The notes beneath the pieces were generated by a model. That model did no database searches. It was not told where the DNA came from and saw only the letters and a program-made list of their open reading frames with translations. From IMG/VR virus record IMGVR_UViG_3300017971_000007: a stretch of DNA of 64,000 bases; one strand, given 5' to 3'. Below, one piece after another: positions 19,036-29,094 of this stretch (position 1 is its first letter; each line of letters begins with the position of its first letter). A program made the translations under genes and the position numbers. This DNA is from a virus.

Positions 19036-21042
19036 CTAATGGGCTTGAGCCCACGATTCTCCTCGTCCCACGTCAACATCTAGCGGGACAGATAATTCTC
19101 TGAAGTTAAGTCCTAGTCTCTCTGGTATATCTTGAAGCGGTCTAGACATTATGTTTTTAATTCTTCCGCATGCTTCATCTAGATTCTCATTAGGAATCTC
19201 AAAGAGGATTTCATCGTGGACTTGCAGAAGTTGCTCTACTCCAAGATTTTTTAATCCACTATCATTTTCTGTGAGGATTTGGGCCAATTTTGCTATTTCT
19301 GCCGCCGTTCCTTGAATTCTGGAATTCACATCCTGACGTAGAGCTCTAGAGGCCAGAGGACCAGGTCTCTCTGGTAACATTTCTCTTGTCTTGTAATCGT
19401 ATTGAGGTTCAAGCCAATCAGAATCAGCATCAACCAATCTGCGCAATCTGCCTAGCAGTGTATCAACCTGGAGTTCGTATCTGCATCTTCTGTGCGTCTC
19501 TTCTATGAATTCCTGGACCTGCGGGAAAGGTTCGAAGAACTTCATTTTCCTGATACCGGCTTCTTCCCTGCTTATGCCTAGTTTTTTAGCTAGTGCATCG
19601 TCACCTTGTCCGTACACGATTCCAAAACCGATGGTCTTAGAATCCTGGCGATAGCCAACTATTCTAGGCACCCATTCAGGCCATTCAAGCTTGTCTATCT
19701 TCAGCCCTGACAGTCTCTTCTTCTCATTCTGAGCCTCTATTATTTTCTCGTAGGGAGTGTCGTACATAAGACTCGCGGTTCCACTGTGTATATCCCATCC
19801 CTTTCTGATAACGTTTCTCATGTTCTCGTCCCCAGAAAGGTCAGCAAGAATCCGCATTTCTAATTGTTCGTAATCAGCTGCTACTAGTGTGTATCCAGGT
19901 CTTGGGATGAAAGCTCCTCGTATAACCCAAATATCATCAGCAGGCCTCTTGAGATTTTGAAGATTAGGGTCCTTCGAGGACGTTCTTCCAGTAACAGCAA
20001 TATGCTGCTGGATTTTGGTGTGGATGCGACAGTTCTTGTCCTGTCTGGACAGCATACCGTCTACGTACGTACCTATTATTTTAGCCAGTTCCCTGTGTTT
20101 CAGAAGAATCTTGGAACACTCACATCCTTCTTTGGCCCATATCTTTAGCACATTCACGTCGACAGACGGCTGTCTGTTTCCGCTTTCTCCTCCAGATGTC
20201 CACTTCAAAGGCTTGTGCCCGAGCCTGTTAATAAATACATCAATCAGCTGTTTCGGTGATTGTAGATTTACCTCCTTTCCGGCTTTCTTAGCGAACATGT
20301 GTTCTAGCTTTCGCATCTCTTTTTCTATCGGAACTCGAATCCATTTTAAGTACCAACTCTCTACTCTCACCCCCCTTCGGATGTTGTGGTAGAGAACTTT
20401 TGTATAGGGAGCCTCAATTCCCACAAAATAGTCCCACAAGGTTATTCCTGTCCTGAGTTTTGTGGATTCGAGTTTCTGTCGCAGAAACTTATGAACGGCT
20501 AGGGATGCGAATGCGTCGAGTGAGGCATAGTCTATAGCTTTATCAGGTTCAGTATCCATTATTCGGAGAAGTGTATCCTGATAAGTCTCTTTCCCTCTTT
20601 TCTTGAAGACGGACTTGAACTCATTCATGTTCAGACTGAGGTGGTCTTTTGCCGTCTCTTTTAAACCATGCCTTCCAGTACGATTCTCGTCATATAACGC
20701 ATCCATTACTAAAGTACAGTGAATCTGACCAGCAAGCAGCGGAACCCCAGAGTTCGCCATCATGCAGTTGTCAAAATTCGCATTTGTCATTGCCCATGTA
20801 ATGGACGGGTCATTGCCTAGCTCCTCTTTGAGAATTCTGAGCATCCGTCTGGACAGGCAATACCTCTTATTAAGACTAGGACAGAGACTCCAGAAAAGGA
20901 CACTGTCTGTCATCCAGTTATCCTTTCCTGTTGTCTCTGTATCGATGCCGCACTCTTTCGTATCCCTTATCTCTCTGCAGATTTGCTGCATTCTGTATGG
21001 GTCATCTACCCATTCTGGTAAGGGAACGTCTTTATGAAGCAT
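19036..21042 (-). CDS. polA: Family A DNA polymerase (3'-5' exonuclease plus polymerase; no 5'-3' exonuclease)
   Basis: GIDTETTG; TGRTSSKDPNLQN; motif A ADYEQLEMR; motif B RQDSKTIGFGIVYG; motif C QVHDEIL. Confidence 0.95.
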   Translation of the reverse strand: MLHKDVPLPEWVDDPYRMQQICREIRDTKECGIDTETTGKDNWMTDSVLFWSLCPSLNKRYCLSRRMLRILKEELGNDPSITWAMTNANFDNCMMANSGVPLLAGQIHCTLVMDALYDENRTGRHGLKETAKDHLSLNMNEFKSVFKKRGKETYQDTLLRIMDTEPDKAIDYASLDAFASLAVHKFLRQKLESTKLRTGITLWDYFVGIEAPYTKVLYHNIRRGVRVESWYLKWIRVPIEKEMRKLEHMFAKKAGKEVNLQSPKQLIDVFINRLGHKPLKWTSGGESGNRQPSVDVNVLKIWAKEGCECSKILLKHRELAKIIGTYVDGMLSRQDKNCRIHTKIQQHIAVTGRTSSKDPNLQNLKRPADDIWVIRGAFIPRPGYTLVAADYEQLEMRILADLSGDENMRNVIRKGWDIHSGTASLMYDTPYEKIIEAQNEKKRLSGLKIDKLEWPEWVPRIVGYRQDSKTIGFGIVYGQGDDALAKKLGISREEAGIRKMKFFEPFPQVQEFIEETHRRCRYELQVDTLLGRLRRLVDADSDWLEPQYDYKTREMLPERPGPLASRALRQDVNSRIQGTAAEIAKLAQILTENDSGLKNLGVEQLLQVHDEILFEIPNENLDEACGRIKNIMSRPLQDIPERLGLNFRELSVPLDVDVGRGESWAQAH

Positions 21043-21044
21043 GT

Positions 21045-22184
21045 TTAATACTCGATGTCATCGTCATCGTATTCAACAGTTTCATCCTCATCTCTTACAT
21101 AATCTGCGGTATCCCTTCTTTCTCCCGCCCACGGGTCCTTTACCTTCAACATCTTCAATTGATAATCAATAGGGTCTCCGCAGAACGCTCTGTGAAGGTT
21201 GTCTTCGTGCTTATCTAATAGAGGAAGAACGCGCTCGTCAGGTTCCTGGACATAATATCTGCTGATGTGTATCTGAGATTGGGTGGCTTCACCGGTTTTG
21301 TATACCTCGAAGTCCACATCCCAAATTTGGACAGATTCGGCCTTATCACATTTGTCACAGAATTTGACAGGCATCAGCTCTACTACGTTCTTGCATTTTG
21401 GGCAGTCGTAGAATTCTGTCACGATGTTATAGATTTCCTCGTTAGATAATTCTTCTGAAGACTCGTCAGTAAGGTCCAGGGCTTCATACCCGCATTCCGG
21501 GCATTCGTAAACTGGGATTTCTATTCTTCCTCCACACGTACACTCGCGTTCAACTTCAGAGAGGGCAGCCGTAACTTGGTCGTAGTGCATGGGACCGAGA
21601 CTCCAATGAAGAATCTGGCCGAATACCTTGTCGTACTTTTTAAGATTCGCTCTTCCAATATCCTTTATTGCAGTGGCCTTGTTGACGAGATGGTAGATGA
21701 CATCACCGGCTTTATGATCTTTAGTGTTTCTTGTGTATTTTACCGTCCTCCCGTTTTTCTCAAACTTCGGGATTTCGTAGTACCAATCATAATGAACGAT
21801 GCTGAACGCTTTAGCATGTCTGACACTCGTGTTTTTGCTTCCATCCTCAATCATGTAACAGGACACGCACTTACCTTCAGAATAGAGCTCGCCGTCAGTA
21901 TCTCTCTTCCATATTCTTGAGCACACATGTCCTTTCTTGACCGTGGCGTTGAAGTGGTCTGCGTATTCGAAGTAGGGGACCGACGCCTTGTCGTATCCGA
22001 CGTAATTTCCAGGTATCAGTCTTATAAGAGCAGGCTTTACACTTCCTATAGGAGGGTTAAACCTCTTCCCGAATCTTATGTTCAACCACGGTTTGTTCTG
22101 TTGCTTGGCTTTGGTTCTAGCAGCCTGATTTCTCATGCGATGACCAGCATCTTTGTGCTTCCGTCTTGCGTCTCTGTATCCCAT
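21045..22184 (-). CDS. Putative single-stranded DNA-binding protein with Zn ribbons and an acidic tail
   Basis: Lies between primase and polA; LIRLIPG start; multiple CxxC; C-terminal DEDETVEYDDDDIEY. Confidence 0.55.
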   Translation of the reverse strand: MGYRDARRKHKDAGHRMRNQAARTKAKQQNKPWLNIRFGKRFNPPIGSVKPALIRLIPGNYVGYDKASVPYFEYADHFNATVKKGHVCSRIWKRDTDGELYSEGKCVSCYMIEDGSKNTSVRHAKAFSIVHYDWYYEIPKFEKNGRTVKYTRNTKDHKAGDVIYHLVNKATAIKDIGRANLKKYDKVFGQILHWSLGPMHYDQVTAALSEVERECTCGGRIEIPVYECPECGYEALDLTDESSEELSNEEIYNIVTEFYDCPKCKNVVELMPVKFCDKCDKAESVQIWDVDFEVYKTGEATQSQIHISRYYVQEPDERVLPLLDKHEDNLHRAFCGDPIDYQLKMLKVKDPWAGERRDTADYVRDEDETVEYDDDDIEY

Positions 22185-23178
22185 TTCTTCTCCATTTAGA
22201 AAATGGTTGTGCTGATTCTACAACACCAATTAGCTCATTTTTGTTCAAGCTATCCGGTTGCTCGTCTCCAATACAACGAGTTGGATACGTGCACACCCTC
22301 ACTCTATTAGACCTTCTAAGTCTTAATCCGGCATCCATTACACCTTTTCTGGCGGAGTCCGTATTATCTAGAAATATCAATATCTCCGCATCTAGTCTCT
22401 GAAGTAGCATTTGTTGGGTACTAGAGAGATAGGTCCCCATTATGGCGACCGTGTCCTTGAATCCATTCTGAATCATCCATAGAGCGGCCTTGTATCCTTC
22501 AACGACAACCACCCTACCTACTTCGACATTCCTTCTGAAGGATAGGGGGTAGATGTTATGCATGTTCCATAGATGATGCCTCTTCTCGAATCTGTGATTG
22601 GCGTAGGCTTCGTTAAATATCGCCAAGTCATTCCCTGTATAGTTCTTGTATCTCGGGGATTCGTCTATGACTGTCCTCCCAGCTATTCCGACTAGCAGCC
22701 CGAGATGATTTCTTATAGGAAACGTTATCCTTAGATTCTGCTTGTCGAACCCAACATCGTACTTTTTAAGTACTTGGATATCAAATCCCGCATCCAGTAG
22801 AACTTTCGGGCAATAATCGAAGATACCGAGAATGGCCTCACTCAATATCATTTGATCCCTAAACGGGTCCCTGATATCTGCCATCCTCTTCCTGTCCCCT
22901 CTTTTTTCAATCTGAGAGGACATGGACTTCATGACTGATTCTCGGAGTCTTCTGGGGGCTTTCACCTCCTTCAGAAAAGTGAACAAAGAACCCTTTGTCT
23001 GACACGAATGACAGATGAATAGACCGTTCATAAGGGACATATAGAACGCGCCTTCACTAGACTCCGAATGGAATGGACACGCTCCGTAGATGTTCTTTCC
23101 GTCTGACGACCTTTTCCACCATTTCAAATATTTGTTTGCTAGTTCTTCGACAACATCAGATACATCATCCATATCCAT
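22117..23178 (-). CDS. DnaG-type DNA primase (CHC2 Zn finger plus TOPRIM)
   Basis: ACPFH...CHSC; RITFPI...GIAGR...RYKN; VVVEGY; IFLDN. Confidence 0.9.
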   Translation of the reverse strand: MDMDDVSDVVEELANKYLKWWKRSSDGKNIYGACPFHSESSEGAFYMSLMNGLFICHSCQTKGSLFTFLKEVKAPRRLRESVMKSMSSQIEKRGDRKRMADIRDPFRDQMILSEAILGIFDYCPKVLLDAGFDIQVLKKYDVGFDKQNLRITFPIRNHLGLLVGIAGRTVIDESPRYKNYTGNDLAIFNEAYANHRFEKRHHLWNMHNIYPLSFRRNVEVGRVVVVEGYKAALWMIQNGFKDTVAIMGTYLSSTQQMLLQRLDAEILIFLDNTDSARKGVMDAGLRLRRSNRVRVCTYPTRCIGDEQPDSLNKNELIGVVESAQPFSKWRRNGIQRRKTEAQRCWSSHEKSGC

Positions 23179-24631
23179 CTTTCCTTTTCTGAAAAGAGTC
23201 AGTTTTTAGATGACGTCTTTTGTTTATCTCGTTCGCCGCCTCCTGTTCTTCTTTGGCCATGGCTTCTGCTTCTGCTTTGAAAACAGCCTGTAGTTGGATA
23301 GTTGAGCGATAGGCTTTAATCAAATTAAATCTGGTAGCGGGCTCGACATCTAACAGTATCCCAGGAAATTTAAATTGCCTGGCACCGGTCACGACCAAAG
23401 TAAGATGAAGAGAGCCGTCTGGTTGCTCGAGAAGAACGGTTCTAAAGACTTCATCGGCATACTGCCCGAATGCATCTGAGAATGCCAATTCAGACATCGA
23501 GGTTCCTTTTGTTTCATCTCCTTTCCTGTTTGCTTGGGTAGATACTACAATCGGTATCTTCTTGGATTTAGCCTGCTCTTTGAGGGTCCCACATACGTAT
23601 CTTATTTGTTCGTGGTGTGCTTTTTTGGACATACTATCCGCGGCAGTGTAAATGGAATCAGCTAAAACGATGTCAGGGTCGTATTCGTCGATTTTCGATA
23701 TAAGACAGGACATCCTAGCGCTGAGGGATGTTCCGCTATCAGCCGCACTAGTGAATAGTATTCCGGCATTCTTTCCCTTCTTTCTCAGTCTCTTTTCTTC
23801 GCGATTTAGGGACCTGAGTACGTATAGATAGTCTTCCTCATCATCCTGCGATAGCTTTCCGCTCAATACCTGCTCATAACTAACTCTAGCTATCCTGGCT
23901 GCCGTTCTCTCCATCAATTCCAGATGACCCATCTCCCCACTAAAGAATAAGCACTTGCAATTCTGTCTGGAGTAGCATTCATCTAGGATGTCTACCAAAA
24001 TCCAAGTCTTCATCGATTTCGGTCTTCCGTAGACTACCGTCAGATGTTCTCTTTGGATGCCTCTCGTCGCCTCATTCATCGGATGCTTATGAGAACCATT
24101 AGGATTCAACTTAGGTCTTCCGTTATCATCCATATACCCCCATCCTTTCGGATAAGGCAGGCCTATCAATCCTCCAACTTCTTTTGCAAACAGATATCTC
24201 CTCTCCAGCTCGTCTCCAGAGGCAGCAAAAAATTTATCATCGATACCGTTAGAAGATCTTAGGTTTCTAAGCCCTTCCATTAGCCCGTTTAAGGCTACAT
24301 CCGGGTCTTGTAGATCTGAGGATGCGTCTTCTATGATTTCTTCAATCTTCCTTCTCTTCCAAGATTGAATCAGCTCTTTGCACAGTGCTTTTACGGTAAG
24401 TCTTCCTGGATGAGGCATCTCCAAGGCGGGATGATTTTCTTCGATTATGTCTAGCGTAGGAACTAGATTTCTCGTGTCTCTGCCGTTGTAGTAAGAAAGT
24501 ATATCCTCGAATACCAATCTCGCTTCACTAGAACCAAATTTTGAGGCGTCTATTCCATAATTCAATACAGTTTTCAGGTCTCCCGTCTCTATTATTTTGC
24601 TTAGTAATTGAAATTCTATGTTAGCGGCCAT
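23165..24631 (-). CDS. DnaB-like (SF4) replicative helicase
   Basis: Walker A GRPKSMKT; FFSGEMG; IVLADSIY; STQANR; LAFSDAFGQYAD. Confidence 0.9.
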   Translation of the reverse strand: MAANIEFQLLSKIIETGDLKTVLNYGIDASKFGSSEARLVFEDILSYYNGRDTRNLVPTLDIIEENHPALEMPHPGRLTVKALCKELIQSWKRRKIEEIIEDASSDLQDPDVALNGLMEGLRNLRSSNGIDDKFFAASGDELERRYLFAKEVGGLIGLPYPKGWGYMDDNGRPKLNPNGSHKHPMNEATRGIQREHLTVVYGRPKSMKTWILVDILDECYSRQNCKCLFFSGEMGHLELMERTAARIARVSYEQVLSGKLSQDDEEDYLYVLRSLNREEKRLRKKGKNAGILFTSAADSGTSLSARMSCLISKIDEYDPDIVLADSIYTAADSMSKKAHHEQIRYVCGTLKEQAKSKKIPIVVSTQANRKGDETKGTSMSELAFSDAFGQYADEVFRTVLLEQPDGSLHLTLVVTGARQFKFPGILLDVEPATRFNLIKAYRSTIQLQAVFKAEAEAMAKEEQEAANEINKRRHLKTDSFQKRKDGYG

Positions 24632-24667
24632 GTAATACCTTCGAGATTCAGCATGATTCCTCCGATA

Positions 24668-24691
24668 GAGGTCCCTCTTCCGAAGGACCTC
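24668..24691. other. Intergenic hairpin between the DUF932 gene and the helicase gene
   Basis: GAGGTCC-N10-GGACCTC; no U-tract. Confidence 0.4.
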
Positions 24692-24703
24692 CGTGAGATG
24701 GTC

Positions 24704-25783
24704 TTATGCAGCTCTGAGATATTTGGAGGCCATAGCCTCTATTTCGTAGATCTTCTCGACATTTTCAGATTGTTGAGAGGCTCTGCTAATGGCTTGCAGG
24801 ACCCCAAATTTCGTCGGGTCTGGTTCCTCTTTGTAGGCATCGATAGCGTGTTGAGTTAAGAGCTTGGTTTGTTTCTGAGCGCCCATGAACTTCCTGATTT
24901 CTTCCTCAGGGTCTTCTACTGTCAGATTTTTCAGCCCCCTTATTCTGAGGTATGTCTCCTCTATTCTCCTGTCTAGAAGAGACATACCAGCTTCCAGATA
25001 ATCTTCGATATCACTGACATCTTTCGGTCTGTGCGTTAAATACACCAACCTATCGCTCTTTTCTGTGACAATTAACCCGTTGAGGCAGACTAGTCTAAGA
25101 AAACTGATACTGACGGTCAACGCCGAACATCCCACTTCCGAGTTTCTGATATGATATCCAGGAAAGACCCAGTCCTTCTTCTTGCTATAGTCCTTGTTGA
25201 GGTTCCTGGGGTCTAGAATTGCGGTGTAATTCGATGTCCGGTCGCCGTTTTCTAATCTTCCGAACCTGTTTGATATGAAATAGTGATCACTTGCCGAGCT
25301 TGGCAATTTCTCAAGAACTTCGAGATCGTCAATCGGAGCATACTTTTTCCCTACAAACGCTCTGATTTCTCCGTTGGTACCGTTGACACAACGCGACGCA
25401 TTGTGTTTAGTCCATTTCCACGCCCTAATTTTCTGCTCGACGGATCTCATTTTCATTCTAGTGGACAGCTCATCAACTGCTCTTTCTGGACCTATGTCAT
25501 TGAACCATCTGTCCCATGTGAATCCGAACATCTTTCCGATTTGTTCTTTCGCTAATGGACTCATGGATAGCAATGAAGTAGTGGGAGTAGAGACAACAAC
25601 ATCATTGTTATCCATATCCGCCACTAAGGACAAGTCGGAGATATCCACGACCTCGTCTTCGAGATACGAATCTCTTATCGCGGCCACACTTTCTAGGACA
25701 TCATCATATTTGGATATCTTCCTCGCTTTCTTCAGCAATTCCAGAGGGCTCTTTGAGCCCGACTTCTTCTGTTTCTCCTCCAT
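24704..25783 (-). CDS. DUF932-family phage/plasmid protein
   Basis: IRAFVGKKYAPIDD and IRNSEVGCSALTVSISFLRLVCLNGLI...H. Confidence 0.75.
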   Translation of the reverse strand: MEEKQKKSGSKSPLELLKKARKISKYDDVLESVAAIRDSYLEDEVVDISDLSLVADMDNNDVVVSTPTTSLLSMSPLAKEQIGKMFGFTWDRWFNDIGPERAVDELSTRMKMRSVEQKIRAWKWTKHNASRCVNGTNGEIRAFVGKKYAPIDDLEVLEKLPSSASDHYFISNRFGRLENGDRTSNYTAILDPRNLNKDYSKKKDWVFPGYHIRNSEVGCSALTVSISFLRLVCLNGLIVTEKSDRLVYLTHRPKDVSDIEDYLEAGMSLLDRRIEETYLRIRGLKNLTVEDPEEEIRKFMGAQKQTKLLTQHAIDAYKEEPDPTKFGVLQAISRASQQSENVEKIYEIEAMASKYLRAA

Positions 25784-26024
25784 TTAATCCTCCTGATAAG
25801 AAATTAGCGGCATCGGATTCCATTCTACGTATCAGCTCTTTCAATAGAGCTACGGTATTCTTTTTCATAAATGTGGGGCCGTTTAAATCGACACCGCCGA
25901 GAGCTACTCCATTTTCGGTAACGTACTTGAAATTGGAAGCGACCGAATATATCGGTCCAGCTATCTTAATAGTAACCTCCCCTAGTGCCACGCCCTCGAA
26001 CACGAACGTTCTGCATCTGATCAT
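25704..26024 (-). CDS. Hypothetical protein
   Basis: RBS GGAG; operon-embedded. Confidence 0.6.
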   Translation of the reverse strand: MIRCRTFVFEGVALGEVTIKIAGPIYSVASNFKYVTENGVALGGVDLNGPTFMKKNTVALLKELIRRMESDAANFLSGGLNGGETEEVGLKEPSGIAEESEEDIQI

Positions 26025-26346
26025 CTCCGTTTTCCTTTTTCTGCATACTTTCTTGTAGTTTTAGGCCGTTAGATAGCGAAAAATTATAGGCTAGCTTAGA
26101 TGCCGTCAGGTTTGCTTTTTCGATTTGTTCGAAATCTTGGGCACAACTCAGCGAGACTGAGCAAGTAGATTCGATTGTCTTGCCGTAGGAACCATCAGAT
26201 ACCCATTCCTTGAATCCGTGTGTAACGCACACAGAAGCTATGCCAGGTTCGACATCAACTTCGATAGTTTTTCTGGTTCTTCTGGTTCTTTTAGGCTTGT
26301 CTTTTGTGGACGCTTTCGCATCCACATTCGCTTTTCCCTTTATCAT
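25966..26346 (-). CDS. Hypothetical protein
   Basis: TGATG coupling; basic N-terminus. Confidence 0.6.
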   Translation of the reverse strand: MIKGKANVDAKASTKDKPKRTRRTRKTIEVDVEPGIASVCVTHGFKEWVSDGSYGKTIESTCSVSLSCAQDFEQIEKANLTASKLAYNFSLSNGLKLQESMQKKENGDDQMQNVRVRGRGTRGGYY

Positions 26347-26816
26347 CAGATGCTAATCAACTTCGGGCATCCAGGAACCATGGATAGTACCTGTTTGCTC
26401 GGTACTTTCGCTTTGGATACGCTATCTGCTCTCACCTCACCGAGCTCGATGAGGTGCTCCAATTCATCGACATTAACGACGTACGTTATTTTCTCTTCAG
26501 TACATCTTCTGAATGTCTTTCTATCTAGAACGCTTTTGAGGATACTCGGGTCCCATTTATATGTCGGACCCTTCTTTATGACTCCAAATCTTCCTACGTG
26601 AAGCTTACTGGCGTCTGAATCTGATAGAGAACTCTTGAGAGCTGTCTCTACCTGCTTTAAAGCGTCGTTCCTTTCTTCGACTAGTCGCCTGAGAGTTGAA
26701 GCGAAATCATCGTTCTCTTCCAGGAACTCGTTTAGTTCGCTGTCGGCTTCATCAAATTTTTTAACAGCTCTCTCAGTCAGATTCGGACTATTCTTTATTC
26801 TTTCTCTCTTCCTCAT
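26346..26816 (-). CDS. Coiled-coil protein, Gam/Gp157-like
   Basis: N-terminal coiled coil, then a K-W-D...V-N-x-D-E-L beta region; the functional call is tentative. Confidence 0.4.
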   Translation of the reverse strand: MRKRERIKNSPNLTERAVKKFDEADSELNEFLEENDDFASTLRRLVEERNDALKQVETALKSSLSDSDASKLHVGRFGVIKKGPTYKWDPSILKSVLDRKTFRRCTEEKITYVVNVDELEHLIELGEVRADSVSKAKVPSKQVLSMVPGCPKLISI

Positions 26817-27574
26817 TTAGGTAATCCTCCTTCTACTAAAAACAAGTCACTTTCTTTAAACTTTCGTTTTGGGATTTCAGTTCCGTAGTACTTGTTTTTC
26901 AATCTATCTAGCAAGTAGGCTGTTCGTTGAAAAGCTACATATTGCTTGTGCCACGGTCCGCCGTGGAAATGATCTCCGCTTCTAGCAAGGAATGCCGGAT
27001 GATACATACACATCACTGGATATTTGATGTCCTTGACTCTCTTGTTGATCACACACTCATCTACGGTTCCTTGTATGTTGTGAATAGAACTCACAGCCTT
27101 CTTAGTAAGTTCTTTTATCGCCAACTTTCCCAATCCTATTACCAAAAGTGGGTCGACGATATACAAGGCCTCCTCCCAAAGAGGCCTACACTCCCTTCGT
27201 TCTGCCGGGGTCGGGTCCCTGTTTTCTTCTCTTAATCTTCCTTTTTCGTTTTCGGTTTCTGAAAATGACCTACAAGAGACTAGGTTCGTGATGAAAGTAT
27301 CTTCTCCCCGCTTTATATTGACTGAATCTAGATATTCGTTCAGTATATCCCCGCTTTCTCCTACGAATACTCTTCCTTTCTTGTCTTCCTCGACAGCAGG
27401 AGCGGTTCCCAATATGAAAATACTTGCATCTGGATTCCCTTCCCCCATCGCCATGTTTCCAGAAAATCCATTCGTTCTCTTGTTCTTGCTTTCTCTGAGT
27501 TTTCCGAGCTCGCACCTTGTACAGCCCTTCCATTCAGAGAACAAGCCCGATAACTCCTCGTATTTATCTCTCAT
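26813..27574 (-). CDS. Family-4 (Fe-S) uracil-DNA glycosylase
   Basis: CTRCEL; GEGNPDASIFILGTAP..EEDKKGRVFVGESG; TNLVSCR; NRDPTPAERREC; YHPAFLAR. Confidence 0.9.
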   Translation of the reverse strand: MRDKYEELSGLFSEWKGCTRCELGKLRESKNKRTNGFSGNMAMGEGNPDASIFILGTAPAVEEDKKGRVFVGESGDILNEYLDSVNIKRGEDTFITNLVSCRSFSETENEKGRLREENRDPTPAERRECRPLWEEALYIVDPLLVIGLGKLAIKELTKKAVSSIHNIQGTVDECVINKRVKDIKYPVMCMYHPAFLARSGDHFHGGPWHKQYVAFQRTAYLLDRLKNKYYGTEIPKRKFKESDLFLVEGGLPK

Positions 27575-29043
27575 CTCATCCCTGATATGTCCTTGAATTT
27601 ATAAGGGCCTCCCTCATCGGCAGGCCATTTTCTCAATTGTCTACGGAGCTGATTGCACATTTTGTGGAATTGGAAAATGAGAACATCGTCGTAAATTATA
27701 ACCAATGGCTTTTTCATGCCTTCTTCGAATCTGTATCCTTGGATTCTTCCCATACCCTGTTGAAGGGCGTTCTTTCCTCCATCTGGATGACTCGACCCAA
27801 ATGGAGTCATCCAAACAAGTGTATCTAAGCTCTTTTCATCGATAGCCTCTGTGACTAGTTGGTGGGTTCCAAATACAAGTCTCTTATCCCGAAGAGCGGC
27901 CCATCTTTGCTCCACGTCAGTAATATCACCAGTACATATACCTACATCCATGTTTTCAGCTAGGGCTATTTCGTACATGATGTTCAATTGCTTCTTGCTG
28001 TGACTGAGAGCTAGAATTTTTCTTCCTTTGCTCAATATCTTCTTCAGCTCTTCTAAGAGATATGCGTTTCTTCCGGCCATTCCCCCGACATAGGTTCTCA
28101 TCTTTCCTATATTCACCTCGCCTCTTTTATCGATTATGTTTTCCTTGAAATCTTCAGGCGGTATAGGAAAGTGGATTTTTTTGAACGCTATCTCTGTGTC
28201 AACATCCTGCATCAAATTTTTATGGAATACAGGACCTATGTGGTTCTTATACACTACCTCTGTCCCGTCTTCCCTGTTTACTGTGGCCGTGAGTCCGTAT
28301 CTTCTGCCCAGAAACATGGTCGCGGTGATACAAAAATGAGGAGCACTGAGATGATGAATCTCATCCCAAACAACGACCCCGAACCACCGTCTCATGTCCG
28401 GTGTTACAGCATCTGGATTGTTGGCCAAAGTCTGCAGAGTAGCTAAAGTAATAGGATGTCTCCAGTCCCATTTTGATGGATTGCCTTGTATTATCCCTAT
28501 CTCTCCGTCAAATTTAAGGAATTCAGATATAAATCCATTCCATTGATTCAGAATCGTCTTCTGGTTGACGACTATCAATGTATTCATTCCGAATTTGGCG
28601 ATAGCATGAAGGGTAATACAAGATTTTCCTTTCCCACACGAGATATTCAATATCCCATTTCTGTGGGATATGAACTCCTCATATGCTTTTCTTTGGTCAT
28701 CTTTCTGCTGATTCAGGAAATCAAGAATCAGCGAACTCTCGAATTTGACTTTCGGAAAATCCCTGTCATCTGGAATCAGATTTACGGTTTGGAAAGGCAG
28801 TCTGTTGATATCGATGAATTCTCTGGGAACCCCTATGTGGTGCGGAGACAATTCCCATAGTTTTAGGGTCTGCTGTCCATCCGGCCCAGGCACAACGAAC
28901 TCTAAGGCAGACTTTATGGCCAAGGTATTCACTTTTCTGATAGGCAACCACAGAAGAGTTCCTAGATACGCCTTATCAGGTTCCCTTATATAGAATCTGT
29001 ATTGACCGAGCATATGGTCTATTACTAGTTTTTCCTTCGCCAT
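27571..29043 (-). CDS. SF2 DExH helicase (UvsW/XPB-like)
   Basis: ISCGKGKS; VWDEIHH; GLTAT; QGMGRIQ. Start MAKEK follows AGGA. Confidence 0.85.
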   Translation of the reverse strand: MAKEKLVIDHMLGQYRFYIREPDKAYLGTLLWLPIRKVNTLAIKSALEFVVPGPDGQQTLKLWELSPHHIGVPREFIDINRLPFQTVNLIPDDRDFPKVKFESSLILDFLNQQKDDQRKAYEEFISHRNGILNISCGKGKSCITLHAIAKFGMNTLIVVNQKTILNQWNGFISEFLKFDGEIGIIQGNPSKWDWRHPITLATLQTLANNPDAVTPDMRRWFGVVVWDEIHHLSAPHFCITATMFLGRRYGLTATVNREDGTEVVYKNHIGPVFHKNLMQDVDTEIAFKKIHFPIPPEDFKENIIDKRGEVNIGKMRTYVGGMAGRNAYLLEELKKILSKGRKILALSHSKKQLNIMYEIALAENMDVGICTGDITDVEQRWAALRDKRLVFGTHQLVTEAIDEKSLDTLVWMTPFGSSHPDGGKNALQQGMGRIQGYRFEEGMKKPLVIIYDDVLIFQFHKMCNQLRRQLRKWPADEGGPYKFKDISGMR

Positions 29044-29094
29044 TATTCCTGTTCCATTAGTTGATGATGGGCCAAGGAGGCCCATCTAAAAACA

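Noticed and set aside
19036-21042. Polymerase specialised for modified bases (DpoZ-like)
   Set aside because: No base-modification genes are in the window and the motifs are standard family A.
16916-26024. Long (about 60-90 nt) same-strand gene overlaps as evidence of frameshift errors or dual coding
   Set aside because: Each downstream gene has its own RBS and start, and the overlapping tails lack motifs; this is ordinary phage compaction.
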